From a virus: a stretch of DNA of 64,000 nucleotides. Position numbers and translations under genes: made by a program. The DNA is taken from the IMG/VR virus record IMGVR_UViG_3300050821_002136, positions 1-64,000 of that record; one strand, 5' to 3'. The stretch's first letter is position 1. Each line of letters opens with the position of its first letter. This document shows, in pieces, positions 47,764 to 57,900 of the stretch. The notes beneath the pieces are model-generated. The model made no database searches. It was not told the origin of the DNA and worked only from the letters and a program-made list of their open reading frames with translations.

Positions 47764-48351
47764 ATGTTGAAATGGACTCTGGTACTTTGCTTAGCCTTCC
47801 TCCTTGGCATTACAGCAAGTGCCAGGGTCCGTCCGCGAGGGCACAAAAATTTTCCGGCGACACACGATTCAGTGCATTTGGAAAATGAAGTTGCGAATTC
47901 CATGGGGGCCTACAGGTATTTTACTCAGGCCCAAGTGGACACAGATGTGATTAACCGGCACCTTTCTGCCATTCATGAGTGCACAGTGTACGTAGTCGCA
48001 CCAAAGCTGTCGATTGAACGCAGATATGCACTGCCTGCCACAACTGCTTTTCTGTACGAGCTGTCCAAGGAGTACTACGAAGTATTCAAGCAGCCACTGA
48101 TGGTAGACAGTGCAATTAGACCCGCTACAGTGCAACGCGGCTTGCACATGCGCAATGCTGCCCCTGCGTACGGAGAGAACGCAAGTAGCCATGAACGCGG
48201 CACTACTGTGGATCTCTCCCGCAAGATGAGCAAGACTGAGTACAAGTGGCTGATAGTAAAACTGCTGTACTACAGAGCGATAGGGAGAATCCTGGTGATC
48301 GAAGAACGACATTGCTTTCACATTTTCGTCATAGGAGACCTGTCGCAATGA
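47764..48351 (+). CDS. Secreted peptidase M15/DUF5715-like protein
   Basis: Signal peptide; VDSAIR..Q, NAA, SSHERGTTVDL, E..CFHI. Confidence 0.8.
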   Translation: MLKWTLVLCLAFLLGITASARVRPRGHKNFPATHDSVHLENEVANSMGAYRYFTQAQVDTDVINRHLSAIHECTVYVVAPKLSIERRYALPATTAFLYELSKEYYEVFKQPLMVDSAIRPATVQRGLHMRNAAPAYGENASSHERGTTVDLSRKMSKTEYKWLIVKLLYYRAIGRILVIEERHCFHIFVIGDLSQ

Positions 48352-48935
48352 CAGACTTTTGGACTACAGACAAGCGTTTGCGTAAGGCCCTAGACGACAT
48401 TCATCGTCAACTGGTGTGTCACTGTGGTTGCTATAGACATCACGGACTCGATTGGATGCCAGAAGGTTCTGGTGAAGGACTAGCTGAGGCTATGGGAATT
48501 CTGCGGGACCTGTTAGACGAAGGCACAGGTACCACCTGCAAAACTACTAAGGGGTATCCTAGATGCACCTCAGGGCCTCTACGACACAAGTACATTCATC
48601 GCATCGTAGCAGCAGCTCTTATCGGCCGAGAGCTGGAACGCTCCGAGGAAGTCCACCACAAAGATGGGGACAGACGCAATTTCAACTGGGACAATCTGCT
48701 CGTGCTAGGCCAGAAAGATCATGGCTGGGTCTCAGCTAAGCAAGCATGGTACATGAAGGAAATAGACGTTAAGCTGAAGACTGAATGGGAAGACTTCATG
48801 AAGTCTGAGGAGAAGCGTTTCGACGCTGAAGTACGGGCCTGCAAAGCTGATGGCCGTGCATACGGAGTAGAAGACGGAACAATGAAAGAAAGATTCGAAG
48901 GAGGACGCCTTGGAATTCCCAGCACTAGCACGTAA
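48348..48935 (+). CDS. HNH endonuclease
   Basis: YIHRIVA..EVHHKDGDRRN...NL...H. Confidence 0.85.
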   Translation: MTDFWTTDKRLRKALDDIHRQLVCHCGCYRHHGLDWMPEGSGEGLAEAMGILRDLLDEGTGTTCKTTKGYPRCTSGPLRHKYIHRIVAAALIGRELERSEEVHHKDGDRRNFNWDNLLVLGQKDHGWVSAKQAWYMKEIDVKLKTEWEDFMKSEEKRFDAEVRACKADGRAYGVEDGTMKERFEGGRLGIPSTST

Positions 48936-49680
48936 TATGTACGGCATGACCAAGCAGGAAGCTCTACTCAACGGTATATGCGTAAGATGCAAACTGCCGC
49001 CAACCTTCTACAGCATGGCAGGCCGCGCAGAGTACCCGATCACCGGCCTATGTGAACCATGCTTTGACCTTGTCACAGAAGCATTTGACCTTGTCACAGA
49101 AGCAGAAGAAGAGCCCATGGAAATTAAACAGAGCATCCCTATGACGGACGCTGAATACGACTTTGAAACCATAGCCAGCAGCCAAGCATACAAAGACGCA
49201 GAGAGGCTAGGACTCGAAGTGGTTCTGCCCCAGGACAATCAGCTGCAGATCGACATTGACGACGAGGCGTCCTACCAAGTATACTTAGGAAACCTTAAGC
49301 GCTACAAGCTGCACTTCGCAGACAACCCAGTCATCGGTGAAGAGATCCATCCCTCGAAAAGCAACGTGTTTGAAAAGAAGCACATCACGGTAACCTTGGC
49401 AGAGCCTATAATTTCTAAGGGAGGATGGCATCGTGATAACGAAAAACGTATTCTTCTCCAAGTTCTGCTAGGGTCAGACCCCGTGCGTGAGATGCTGAGC
49501 TACATCAGACTGATTAACGATGACGAGCATCCTACGCTGTTCATGGAGAAACCTGCGCAGAAGCTGCTTGAGACGCCTCCTGATCACCTTATGCTAGGGC
49601 CGGGAGACTACGTAAAACCAAATAACGAAGACACCTGGATCAAAAAGCAAGCGACAGAAGAAGATGGAGCATACTTATGA
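48910..49680 (+). CDS. Hypothetical protein (zinc-finger N-terminus)
   Basis: CVRC..CEPC; LQIDID; 21-bp tandem duplication. Confidence 0.6.
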   Translation: MEFPALARNMYGMTKQEALLNGICVRCKLPPTFYSMAGRAEYPITGLCEPCFDLVTEAFDLVTEAEEEPMEIKQSIPMTDAEYDFETIASSQAYKDAERLGLEVVLPQDNQLQIDIDDEASYQVYLGNLKRYKLHFADNPVIGEEIHPSKSNVFEKKHITVTLAEPIISKGGWHRDNEKRILLQVLLGSDPVREMLSYIRLINDDEHPTLFMEKPAQKLLETPPDHLMLGPGDYVKPNNEDTWIKKQATEEDGAYL

Positions 49681-49991
49681 GCGACATTCCTAGCATCACC
49701 GAAAGCCAAGTAGCACTGATGAAGCTGGTCTGTTTTGACCCGGAGATGTCCGTGTTCTCTCAGACCTCCCCCAAGCCGTCTGACCCACTGCAAAGCGCTA
49801 TTGATATGCGACAAGCTGCGGACGACGCGGATCGCTTAGCTTCCCTAGGGTTCCTGAAGAACATCACAGCTGACCATCAGGAGCGCATAGATCAAATGGG
49901 CGCGAACACAGGACGTATGTGGAGAGTCTTTGAAATTTCGGCAATGGGACGAGCGATGTTCCAAGCTACTACGAGCACTACGGTTCACTAA
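49677..49991 (+). CDS. Putative winged-helix protein
   Basis: LASLGFL..FEISAMGR pattern. Confidence 0.5.
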   Translation: MSDIPSITESQVALMKLVCFDPEMSVFSQTSPKPSDPLQSAIDMRQAADDADRLASLGFLKNITADHQERIDQMGANTGRMWRVFEISAMGRAMFQATTSTTVH

Positions 49992-50000
49992 GGAGAAACC

Positions 50001-50243
50001 ATGAAAACAAAAGCCATCATTGAAGGTTTACAAGTCCTTCTTCCATTCTACAACGACCAAGACGGGTTCCATAACGGAGCTGAACATGATACCTTCTATG
50101 CTTACGCTACAGACACTGAGCTGCCAGAAGCAGCGGTAAAATGGTTGATAGAATTGGGATGGTTTCAACCGGATGTTGAGTATGAAGACGACTTCTTGCC
50201 AGAACATTACGATCCCTCTGAGGGGTGGGTAGCTTACTTATAG
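50001..50243 (+). CDS. Small acidic hypothetical protein
   Basis: AAGGAG RBS; GAEHD..YA..LIELGWF. Confidence 0.7.
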   Translation: MKTKAIIEGLQVLLPFYNDQDGFHNGAEHDTFYAYATDTELPEAAVKWLIELGWFQPDVEYEDDFLPEHYDPSEGWVAYL

Positions 50244-50254
50244 AAAGGGTAACC

Positions 50255-52303
50255 ATGTCGAAAGCAATTCCCGAGAACCTGCGAACCAGCAACGCTCTGA
50301 AATTCATAATCGAGCAAGGCTGGAACTGGCAGGGCGATGGCAGCGGTGGACAAATTCAAATAGAGACGTGCCCTTTCTGCAACAAAAAAGACTTCAAGCT
50401 CTATATGGCAGTCGGAGACCCAAGAGAGACCAGTAGAGATGGCCTTTGGTTCTGTCACCACGGTTCCTGCGCTAAGACTGGGAACCTCCGTACGCTGGCC
50501 GAACATGTAGGCGTACGCATAGCCGGTGTGGACTCGCGCAAGGAGTGGGCCGGGAGTGGGGACAGCAAGCCGGACACTCTGCCTGATGTTGAGCTGTGCC
50601 ATGCAACCCTACTAGGTGACGCGGAAGCTATGGATTATTTGTTGAACGTCAGAGGCTTCTCAAAGGAGATCATTGAAAAACAAAAGCTTGGACTCAAAGA
50701 GAAAGTCTGGTTCCGTGAAGCGGGGGAATCGAAAGCCCTGGTCATACCCTATCTCGTTGGCGGAAATGTTGTCTTCGCAAAATTCAGAACGCTTCCTCCG
50801 AAACCAAAAGACTTTGTCACACCTTCTGGCTGGGAAGCTCCTCTCTATAATGGAGAAATTCTCCAAGAAGGACTCAACGAAGTCATCTTCGTAGAGGGCG
50901 AAGCAGACGCCATAAGTATGATGTCTAATGGTGTAGAGAATGTTGTGGGCGTACCTGGGGCCAATGTTAAGAAGGCCGCATGGATCGACACTCTGGACAA
51001 GATCGCACCTAAGAAGATCTACATCCTCTACGACAACGACAAAGTAGGCAAGAAGGCCGCGCAGGAAATCGCATCACGCATCGGCATAGACAAGTGCCTG
51101 AAGCTGGTGCTTCCGCCATTCAGCGTAACGCTAGAAGGCGTAACCCGAGACGGCAAGGACATCAATGAGTGGTTCCGCTACGGTGGGGGAACCTTAGAGG
51201 TGTTCAACAAACTGAAGGAGTCCGCAGTCCTGTTCGATGTGACTGGTGTGACCTCTTCAGTGGATGCCTTGACGCAGCTCGAAGACGAATTGAATGGCAA
51301 GGTTGATCTGGCCCCTAAGTACGTATTCCAATGGCCGGAACTCAACAAGCTGATCGGAATGGAAGACGGTGATGTGCTCGATATCGTTGCGCCGGAGAAG
51401 GTAGGGAAGACGACCTTCGGCCTCAACATACTTGACCACATGGTCGCCGCATACGGTGAGGACGGCCTGCTTGTGTGCCTTGAGATGACTCAGGCTAGAC
51501 TGGCACGCAAGTGGGTTGCCCTCGTGACTGGCTTCGAAGACACTCTGACTGAACCTGGGACAGAGGAATCGAAGCTTAAGTTAGCTGAGCTGAAGGGGTG
51601 CGTAGTAAAGGCACGCTCGATTCAACAGAGTCGTGGCGCAGACCTGTACTTCGCATACCCTCAGCTTGTGAAGGAGCCAGAAGATGTTTACAAACTTGTC
51701 CGAGACTGCATTCGTCGTTACGGTGTCAAATGGGTCATGTTTGATAATCTGCAAAGATTGTGCGATGATACACTCAAAAACCAAGGCCACCGTACAGTGC
51801 AGCTTTCTCAAATCTCCAAAAACTTCGCAAAACTTGCCAAGGACTACCGTATCAAACTTATTCGCATCCTTCAGCCCAAACGAATAATGCCCGGGGCAAC
51901 CATCAGCACCAACGACGTAGACGGAAGCTCACAGATTGCTAAGGACTGCGATGGCATGATAACGTTGTGGCGCAGTGTAGTAGGAGAGATGAAGAAGTCT
52001 GAATGGGAGACCCAACAACAAGGCTTCGAAGAAAGCAATGAATCCTTCGAGCCTGTCATGAAGGTCACCGTGGGGCTCTCTCGCTATTCAGCTGGAGGCT
52101 CTACTAAGCTCTTCTATGATGGAGCCCGATCCCAGGTGCGTTCACTGCCTGAAAGCCAAAAGGCACAGATGAATGCGAACCGAGACTACAACAAGCTGGT
52201 AGCCAATAACATCCCCATGGAAGGTGGAGGTGTTCTGCATGTCGTACCAGAGGAAAACCAAGCCGTAGCCGTCGTTGCAACAGAGTCAGACATCACAATC
52301 TAA
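50255..52303 (+). CDS. Primase-helicase (T7 gp4/Twinkle-like)
   Basis: Zn finger CPFC..CHHGSC, TOPRIM VEGEAD and YDND, GKDINE, Walker A APEKVGKTT, LEM, FDNL. Confidence 0.93.
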   Translation: MSKAIPENLRTSNALKFIIEQGWNWQGDGSGGQIQIETCPFCNKKDFKLYMAVGDPRETSRDGLWFCHHGSCAKTGNLRTLAEHVGVRIAGVDSRKEWAGSGDSKPDTLPDVELCHATLLGDAEAMDYLLNVRGFSKEIIEKQKLGLKEKVWFREAGESKALVIPYLVGGNVVFAKFRTLPPKPKDFVTPSGWEAPLYNGEILQEGLNEVIFVEGEADAISMMSNGVENVVGVPGANVKKAAWIDTLDKIAPKKIYILYDNDKVGKKAAQEIASRIGIDKCLKLVLPPFSVTLEGVTRDGKDINEWFRYGGGTLEVFNKLKESAVLFDVTGVTSSVDALTQLEDELNGKVDLAPKYVFQWPELNKLIGMEDGDVLDIVAPEKVGKTTFGLNILDHMVAAYGEDGLLVCLEMTQARLARKWVALVTGFEDTLTEPGTEESKLKLAELKGCVVKARSIQQSRGADLYFAYPQLVKEPEDVYKLVRDCIRRYGVKWVMFDNLQRLCDDTLKNQGHRTVQLSQISKNFAKLAKDYRIKLIRILQPKRIMPGATISTNDVDGSSQIAKDCDGMITLWRSVVGEMKKSEWETQQQGFEESNESFEPVMKVTVGLSRYSAGGSTKLFYDGARSQVRSLPESQKAQMNANRDYNKLVANNIPMEGGGVLHVVPEENQAVAVVATESDITI

Positions 52304-52543
52304 GGAGGCATATGCCATTTGTCGAAGAGGTAATTGAGGAGCAGCAACCTATGTGGGGTGAATACCTACCAACCAGCAGCGCTAAGGGACTGAAAGACAG
52401 GAGCCGCAGTTGCGTCAAGGTCAGAGACGTAGGTTGTGTCTTCATCGGTACAGCGCAGGAGTGTCAAGAGTACATCCGAAACAACGAGTGGCGGTATGAA
52501 AAGAAAGACTCACAAAAACTGATAACAGCCTAAGGAGAAAACA

Positions 52544-52924
52544 ATGAAACCGTTCAATCTGCAAGAAGCACTCGCAGGCAAGTCCGTGATTACCAGAGAT
52601 GGTAAAGCAATAAAGCAGGTAGCTTTCTTTCCAGACGCTGAGTCATACCCTGTTCTGGCTTATTCTGAAGGTAAAGAAGTTGATACGTACACAGCAGCAG
52701 GAAGGCGTTTTTTCGGTACATCACCACTAAGCAGTGGCAAGGATCTCTTCATGGGTGCTCCCAAAGTCACGAAGTGGGTCAACCTCTACCGGAAGTCGAA
52801 ATACCTGCAAACTTCTAATGCCGACGTAGCGGTTGGTATCTCAACCTTCGATACTGAAGAGGAAGCACGTCGCTCAGGCGGCGAAAATCGTGTCGGAACA
52901 TTACAAGTAGAGTGGGAGGAATAA
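52544..52924 (+). CDS. Hypothetical protein, tandem paralog 1
   Basis: MKPFNLQEALAGK..TRDG..DLFM..WVN..WEE. Confidence 0.8.
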   Translation: MKPFNLQEALAGKSVITRDGKAIKQVAFFPDAESYPVLAYSEGKEVDTYTAAGRRFFGTSPLSSGKDLFMGAPKVTKWVNLYRKSKYLQTSNADVAVGISTFDTEEEARRSGGENRVGTLQVEWEE

Positions 52925-53301
52925 TGAAACCGTTCAATCTGCAAGAAGCACTCGCAGGCAAGCCTGTGGTCACCCGAGATGGAAGAGAAGTCACAGATGT
53001 CACTTACTTCTCTACCTTGCGTAACTCCACTTCTTTCAAACTTCGTGGCGTCCTTGAGGGTTATCTGAGGAAATTCAATGACGCCGGTATGTATTTAACC
53101 AACAAAAATTTAGATCTCTTCATGGCTTCTACCAAGAAGACTGGGTGGGTAAACATCTACCGAGAGAACATCACTACGTGGCCTGCGCTAAAATTACTCC
53201 CAGGTGGAGCTGTCATCCACCCCAGCAAAGCTATAGCCGATAAACAGCAAGAGACTGCTAAGGAACGCATCGCTGTTGTTGAACTCACTTGGGAGGAGTA
53301 G
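52924..53301 (+). CDS. Hypothetical protein, tandem paralog 2
   Basis: Same motifs; first 40 nt identical to paralog 1. Confidence 0.8.
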   Translation: MKPFNLQEALAGKPVVTRDGREVTDVTYFSTLRNSTSFKLRGVLEGYLRKFNDAGMYLTNKNLDLFMASTKKTGWVNIYRENITTWPALKLLPGGAVIHPSKAIADKQQETAKERIAVVELTWEE

Positions 53302-53667
53302 ATGCCTTGGCCTATAAAGCACGGACTTGCTTTCCATCCACTCTACCGTGTATGGATGTCCGTAAAGCAAAAGTGCACTAACCCAAAAAGCCTTGTTTAT
53401 AAAGACTACGGTGGGCGCGGCATTAAAATGCACAAACCTTGGGAAAGAGACGTACGTCGGTTTGTGCACTACGTTATGGAAAACCTAGGAGAACGCCCTT
53501 CAAAACGGCACTCTTTGGATCGTAGAAATAACAATGGTCATTACGTGCCTGGAAACATAAGATGGGCAACATGGGAAGAACAAGCTAGAAATCGAAGACC
53601 CGTTCGTTGCTTGGGAAACTACTCTGATGCAGAGCTACTACAAGAAATAAAGAAACGAGGAATATGA
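53302..53667 (+). CDS. HNH homing endonuclease
   Basis: KCTNP..YGGRGI..SLDRRNNNGHYVPGNIRWAT..QARN. Confidence 0.88.
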   Translation: MPWPIKHGLAFHPLYRVWMSVKQKCTNPKSLVYKDYGGRGIKMHKPWERDVRRFVHYVMENLGERPSKRHSLDRRNNNGHYVPGNIRWATWEEQARNRRPVRCLGNYSDAELLQEIKKRGI

Positions 53668-54785
53668 AAAAGGCCAATCACCAAGCAAACGTTGTAAGGA
53701 TTGCGGAAGTATTACCACACTCTAATGCCGACAGCTTGGAAATCATACACATCGGCGCATTCCAAGTAGTGACCAAGAAGGGCAACTTCAAAACTGGGGA
53801 TCTCGGTGTCTACATTCAGCCTGACAGCGTCGTACCTCAGACTGAGCCCTTCAAGTTCATTTGGGAAACCTATGTAGGCTTGGATGGTACTGTGCCTGAG
53901 AAACGCAGGCGCATCACCGTAAAGCGTTTGCGAAAGGAGTGGAGCGAAGGATTGCTCATGCCTCTCTCTGACTTCCCTGAGCTTTCTGTGTTCAATCTAC
54001 CTGAAGGCGCAGATGTCTCAGAACTCCTGGGCATCACTCACTATGACCCAGACAAAGGCAAGGAACCTGCTGCGGACAACGAGACCTTCAAGAAGAAGCG
54101 TAGCAAGTACCCAAGGAGTCTCAAGGGATGGTGGTATCTCATCCTGCACAAGCTGGGCATTTACACCAGCGGTGGGCAGAACCATGGGTTCGACAATGAG
54201 GAGGGAACAGACATGCCCGTGTTCGACGTAGATGCGTTCAAGCACTACAAGAACGCATTCGAACGTGAGGAGCTGGTAGAGGTAACTGAGAAGATCCATG
54301 GGAGCAATGCACGCTTCGTGTTCCGAGAGGGACACATGTACGCAGGGTCACGAACTCAGTGGAAAGCTGAGAACGCCAATTGTATCTGGCGCAATGTGCT
54401 CAGGGCTCAGCCATGGATTGAAGCATGGTGCCGTACGCATGAGGGCTATGGGCTCTACGGTGAGGTCACTCCCACCCAGGGTGAGAATTTTCAATATGGA
54501 AGCGCTGAACCTCAGTTCTTCCCATTTGACATTAGGACCCCTGAGGGAACTTGGCTGGAAGAAATAGAAACCGGACCAGCACAATGGGTACCCGTGCTAT
54601 ACCAAGGTCCGTTCTACTGGGAAGAAATCAGTAAGTTGGTTGACGGACAGACCGCTGTGCCAAATGCTAAGGGCATCCGAGAAGGCATAGTGATTCGTCC
54701 AGTGAAAGAACGGCATGTACGCGGCCTCGGCCGATTAATTCTCAAATGTGTCTCAAATTCGTACCTCGAAAAGGATGGAAAATAA
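53664..54785 (+). CDS. ATP-dependent RNA ligase (DRB0094/Rnl5-like)
   Basis: N-terminal OB domain (HSNADSLE..GDLGVYI.PDS..SEGL), TEKIHG, YGE, FDI, REGIV, K. Confidence 0.9.
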   Translation: MKKANHQANVVRIAEVLPHSNADSLEIIHIGAFQVVTKKGNFKTGDLGVYIQPDSVVPQTEPFKFIWETYVGLDGTVPEKRRRITVKRLRKEWSEGLLMPLSDFPELSVFNLPEGADVSELLGITHYDPDKGKEPAADNETFKKKRSKYPRSLKGWWYLILHKLGIYTSGGQNHGFDNEEGTDMPVFDVDAFKHYKNAFEREELVEVTEKIHGSNARFVFREGHMYAGSRTQWKAENANCIWRNVLRAQPWIEAWCRTHEGYGLYGEVTPTQGENFQYGSAEPQFFPFDIRTPEGTWLEEIETGPAQWVPVLYQGPFYWEEISKLVDGQTAVPNAKGIREGIVIRPVKERHVRGLGRLILKCVSNSYLEKDGK

Positions 54786-54787
54786 CC

Positions 54788-55090
54788 ATGGCAACAAATA
54801 CCATACAAACACAGCAGTTGAACCGAGTAGCAGCTACGACATCTGAGGCCATCTTGGAATTCATTCGGCAACGCTTGGCTGACACAGAAACCAAGGGAGC
54901 CTTCACAGCTGACCAGCTCCGCTTCTACGTTACCAACCATGTGAGCGGAGGAGTTTCACCATCCTCGGCTGACCGTGTACTGCGTATGCTGCGTCAAAAG
55001 GGCGCGTTGGATTACGTCGTGCTCAACCGTGGGAAGAGCCTGTACCGTGCTATGCCCATCACTGAAGTCAGGGCCACTGTGGTTTCCTAG
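54788..55090 (+). CDS. Putative winged-helix DNA-binding protein
   Basis: SPSSADRVLRMLRQKG..Y. Confidence 0.6.
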   Translation: MATNTIQTQQLNRVAATTSEAILEFIRQRLADTETKGAFTADQLRFYVTNHVSGGVSPSSADRVLRMLRQKGALDYVVLNRGKSLYRAMPITEVRATVVS

Positions 55091-55092
55091 CC

Positions 55093-55722
55093 ATGGGATA
55101 TAAAGACCCAGAAAAGAGGCTCTCGGACGCCAAACGACGGAGCAAACTTAGGTACAAGGAAAAGAAGGACGAAATCTTGGCCAAAGCCAAAGAAGACTAC
55201 GCCTCAAACCCTGAGTTTAAAGAGAAGGCCAAACAAAGAGCAGCTAAGTACTACAAAGAGAATCCAGACAAAGTCAAAGAATCCGCCATGAAAAGCCATG
55301 AAAATAACCGAGAGCAAAAGAAGATTGATGCGAGACGCAATCGTCTTTGGAGATTTTTTAGGCTTACTCCAGAGGACTACGAAAGTATAAAAAAGTACCA
55401 AGAAGAGCACTTCTTGTTTAGGTGTCTTATAGGTAAAGACAAAAAAAGAAATGCCGTTGAACATCGACACAAAGACGGATTGGTACGAGGTTTAATGGCA
55501 GTAATACTGAACAGGGCTTATGGGATAATAGAAAGGCTGTATCCAAATAACACCTCAGAAGTGCTTAGAGCCCTTGCTGAATTCCATGACAACCCGCCTG
55601 CAACGTCAGCCTTGGGGTCTCCTAGGTACGGTATATTGGGAATATCAAGGTCCAAGAAAAAGATGATTTACGGCTCCCCAGATGGCCCAATCACAGCTCC
55701 GAAGAAAGTGAGAACAAAGTGA
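55093..55722 (+). CDS. Endonuclease VII-like protein (degenerate)
   Basis: Basic helical repeats, LTPEDY, AVEHRHKDGLVRGL...N. Confidence 0.65.
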   Translation: MGYKDPEKRLSDAKRRSKLRYKEKKDEILAKAKEDYASNPEFKEKAKQRAAKYYKENPDKVKESAMKSHENNREQKKIDARRNRLWRFFRLTPEDYESIKKYQEEHFLFRCLIGKDKKRNAVEHRHKDGLVRGLMAVILNRAYGIIERLYPNNTSEVLRALAEFHDNPPATSALGSPRYGILGISRSKKKMIYGSPDGPITAPKKVRTK

Positions 55723-56123
55723 GCGAAAACAAAGTCGAAGCACAGCTCTACCAGGACACGTTCCTGAATGTCATGGCACTTTACACGGCACTCAAGGGCC
55801 AGCCATCCCGAGGTGTACGCCGAGCTGAACTCAAGCAAGGTGAGGTGACCCCGGAAGCAATTGACTTCCTCGCGGACGTAGAGATCAAAGCTAAGCGCAC
55901 CCTGTCATCTTACGATTACACAAGGCTCATGAATCTTGCGGGTCTAGACAGATACCAAGAAGCCCCCATAGATCTGCAGAACGAACTTGGTCAGGTTTTC
56001 TTGGAACATTCCCTCAACTATGACGGGGACTACCGAGTACTCTACTACCGTGCCAAGAACGCTCGAATGCAAGACCGAGAAGAACCACAGCAGTTTCCCG
56101 AGGAGACAGAATACAATGACTGA
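55719..56123 (+). CDS. Hypothetical protein
   Basis: GTGA-coupled ORF. Confidence 0.65.
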   Translation: MSENKVEAQLYQDTFLNVMALYTALKGQPSRGVRRAELKQGEVTPEAIDFLADVEIKAKRTLSSYDYTRLMNLAGLDRYQEAPIDLQNELGQVFLEHSLNYDGDYRVLYYRAKNARMQDREEPQQFPEETEYND

Positions 56124-56694
56124 GGAGATTAACAATGGAAACGATATTCAATCATCCGATAACGTCCGTAGTGCTTCTAGTGATAGTGCTGACGTTCATT
56201 CTGAGAGTTCTAGAGTTGATGAACAAAAGCTTCGACTAGACTCAGCTCTGCCACACCCAGCAGACGTTCCTGCGGAGGCCGTAACGAGGACTATAGAAGA
56301 CGCGGACCTGGGGGCATCTAAGCCAGTCCCTGTAGCCAAGCCAGAACCTAAGCACACTGTAGAGCACGCCATTGTCAAGGCATGCGGACACAGCATTGAC
56401 CTGAGGCATCCACCTACGCAAGCGAACTGTGAAGATTGCTGGACTGCATTCTTTACACTGGCTGTGGATACTCCGAGCATCCATAAGATCCTCGTGGAGC
56501 AAGGACGGACGGGATTGGAACGTATGGTAGGGAAGAAGTTCGTGAAACACTTTGGCAAGTTCCTCCAAAACCGACTCAATGCTTTTACTCCTGAGGAAAT
56601 AGCTAAAGTGGAACCAACCATAGAAGGCAGCATCATGAGCGTCAAGGAGGAAATAAATGCAGTATCCAATCTACAAACTTCTCAAGAACGATAA
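56116..56694 (+). CDS. Hypothetical protein with CGH..CxxC
   Basis: GAGGAG RBS before MTEEIN. Confidence 0.65.
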   Translation: MTEEINNGNDIQSSDNVRSASSDSADVHSESSRVDEQKLRLDSALPHPADVPAEAVTRTIEDADLGASKPVPVAKPEPKHTVEHAIVKACGHSIDLRHPPTQANCEDCWTAFFTLAVDTPSIHKILVEQGRTGLERMVGKKFVKHFGKFLQNRLNAFTPEEIAKVEPTIEGSIMSVKEEINAVSNLQTSQER

Positions 56695-56811
56695 CCTGAA
56701 ACTATGGGACGGTCCTTCGCTCTCTAAGGAGCAAGCGGAGACGCTGTTGAAGCAGAGACAGGCAGAGAACCCTAAGGCAAAGTTTCTCATCATCAGAATG
56801 AAGGAGAGCTA

Positions 56812-57900
56812 ATGGCGTTTGGAAAAAAGAAAGAGGAGCAGAAGGCTCCTAAGGTGGTGGTCACAGCTCCGACTAGCGATGTTGAGAAGTTCAAATCATT
56901 GTTTGCTGTGTCCAAAGCTCTGGATGCCAAGCATGAGACGAGCAATTCCTTGATGCGCTTGGGGGCCAAGAACATCATACGCATCCCTAGCATCAGCACC
57001 AAGTTGCCCACTGTGGATTACGACATGCTAGGCTGCGGTGGTGTACCTAGAGGCAGAGTAGTTGAGATCTTCGGACCTGAATCCTCCGGGAAAACTACAT
57101 GGTGCTTATGGCTTGCTGCACAGGCTCAGGCTCAGGGTGATGTAGTTGTTTATATTGACGCAGAACATGCACTAGACATAGGCTATGCTCAGCAGCTAGG
57201 CGTAAATGTGGACAACGTACTTATTAGCCAGCCCAACAGCGGAGAGCAAGCCTTGCAAGTTGCCGATGCAGTTGTGGAATCAAAATGTGCAGGACTAATT
57301 ATCGTGGATTCAGTAGCAGCTCTCGTACCTGAGGCTGAGTTGGCAGGAGACATTGGAGATGCGCATGTTGGCCTACAAGCCCGTATGATGTCGCAAGCTC
57401 TGCGTATACTCACAGCCAAGGCAGACGTAAACAAAGTAACGGTAGTCTTCATCAATCAAATACGCGAGAAGATCGGTGTCATGTTTGGCAACCCTGAGAC
57501 AACGACGGGAGGTAGGGCACTGAAGTTTTACTCTAGCATTCGAATTGACATACGCCGTAAGGAAGAGATCAAGCAAGGGACGGAACTGGTAGGCCACACG
57601 ATTCGCCTAAAGGCAGTCAAGAATAAAGTGGGCACACCTCTCAGGGAGACCATGATTGACCTGTACTACCCTGGCACTAGCTTTACCCCGGGCTTTGATC
57701 ACATTGGAGACCTGATCACCTTTGCTTCTAAACGGGGCCTGTTCGAGATGTCTGGATCGTGGTATAATCTCAATGGTGAGAGACTAGCCAACGGCTTAGC
57801 GAATCTTAAGGAACGCCTGCGAGAGGACGACGCAATCCTCTTACATCTACGCAAGAAAATCGAGAAGTTATCCGAGGCAGATACTGAGGTGAAAATATGA
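56812..57900 (+). CDS. recA: RecA recombinase
   Basis: GPESSGKTT, DAEHALD, DSVAAL, ARMMSQALR, FINQIR, GGRALKFY. Confidence 0.97.
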   Translation: MAFGKKKEEQKAPKVVVTAPTSDVEKFKSLFAVSKALDAKHETSNSLMRLGAKNIIRIPSISTKLPTVDYDMLGCGGVPRGRVVEIFGPESSGKTTWCLWLAAQAQAQGDVVVYIDAEHALDIGYAQQLGVNVDNVLISQPNSGEQALQVADAVVESKCAGLIIVDSVAALVPEAELAGDIGDAHVGLQARMMSQALRILTAKADVNKVTVVFINQIREKIGVMFGNPETTTGGRALKFYSSIRIDIRRKEEIKQGTELVGHTIRLKAVKNKVGTPLRETMIDLYYPGTSFTPGFDHIGDLITFASKRGLFEMSGSWYNLNGERLANGLANLKERLREDDAILLHLRKKIEKLSEADTEVKI

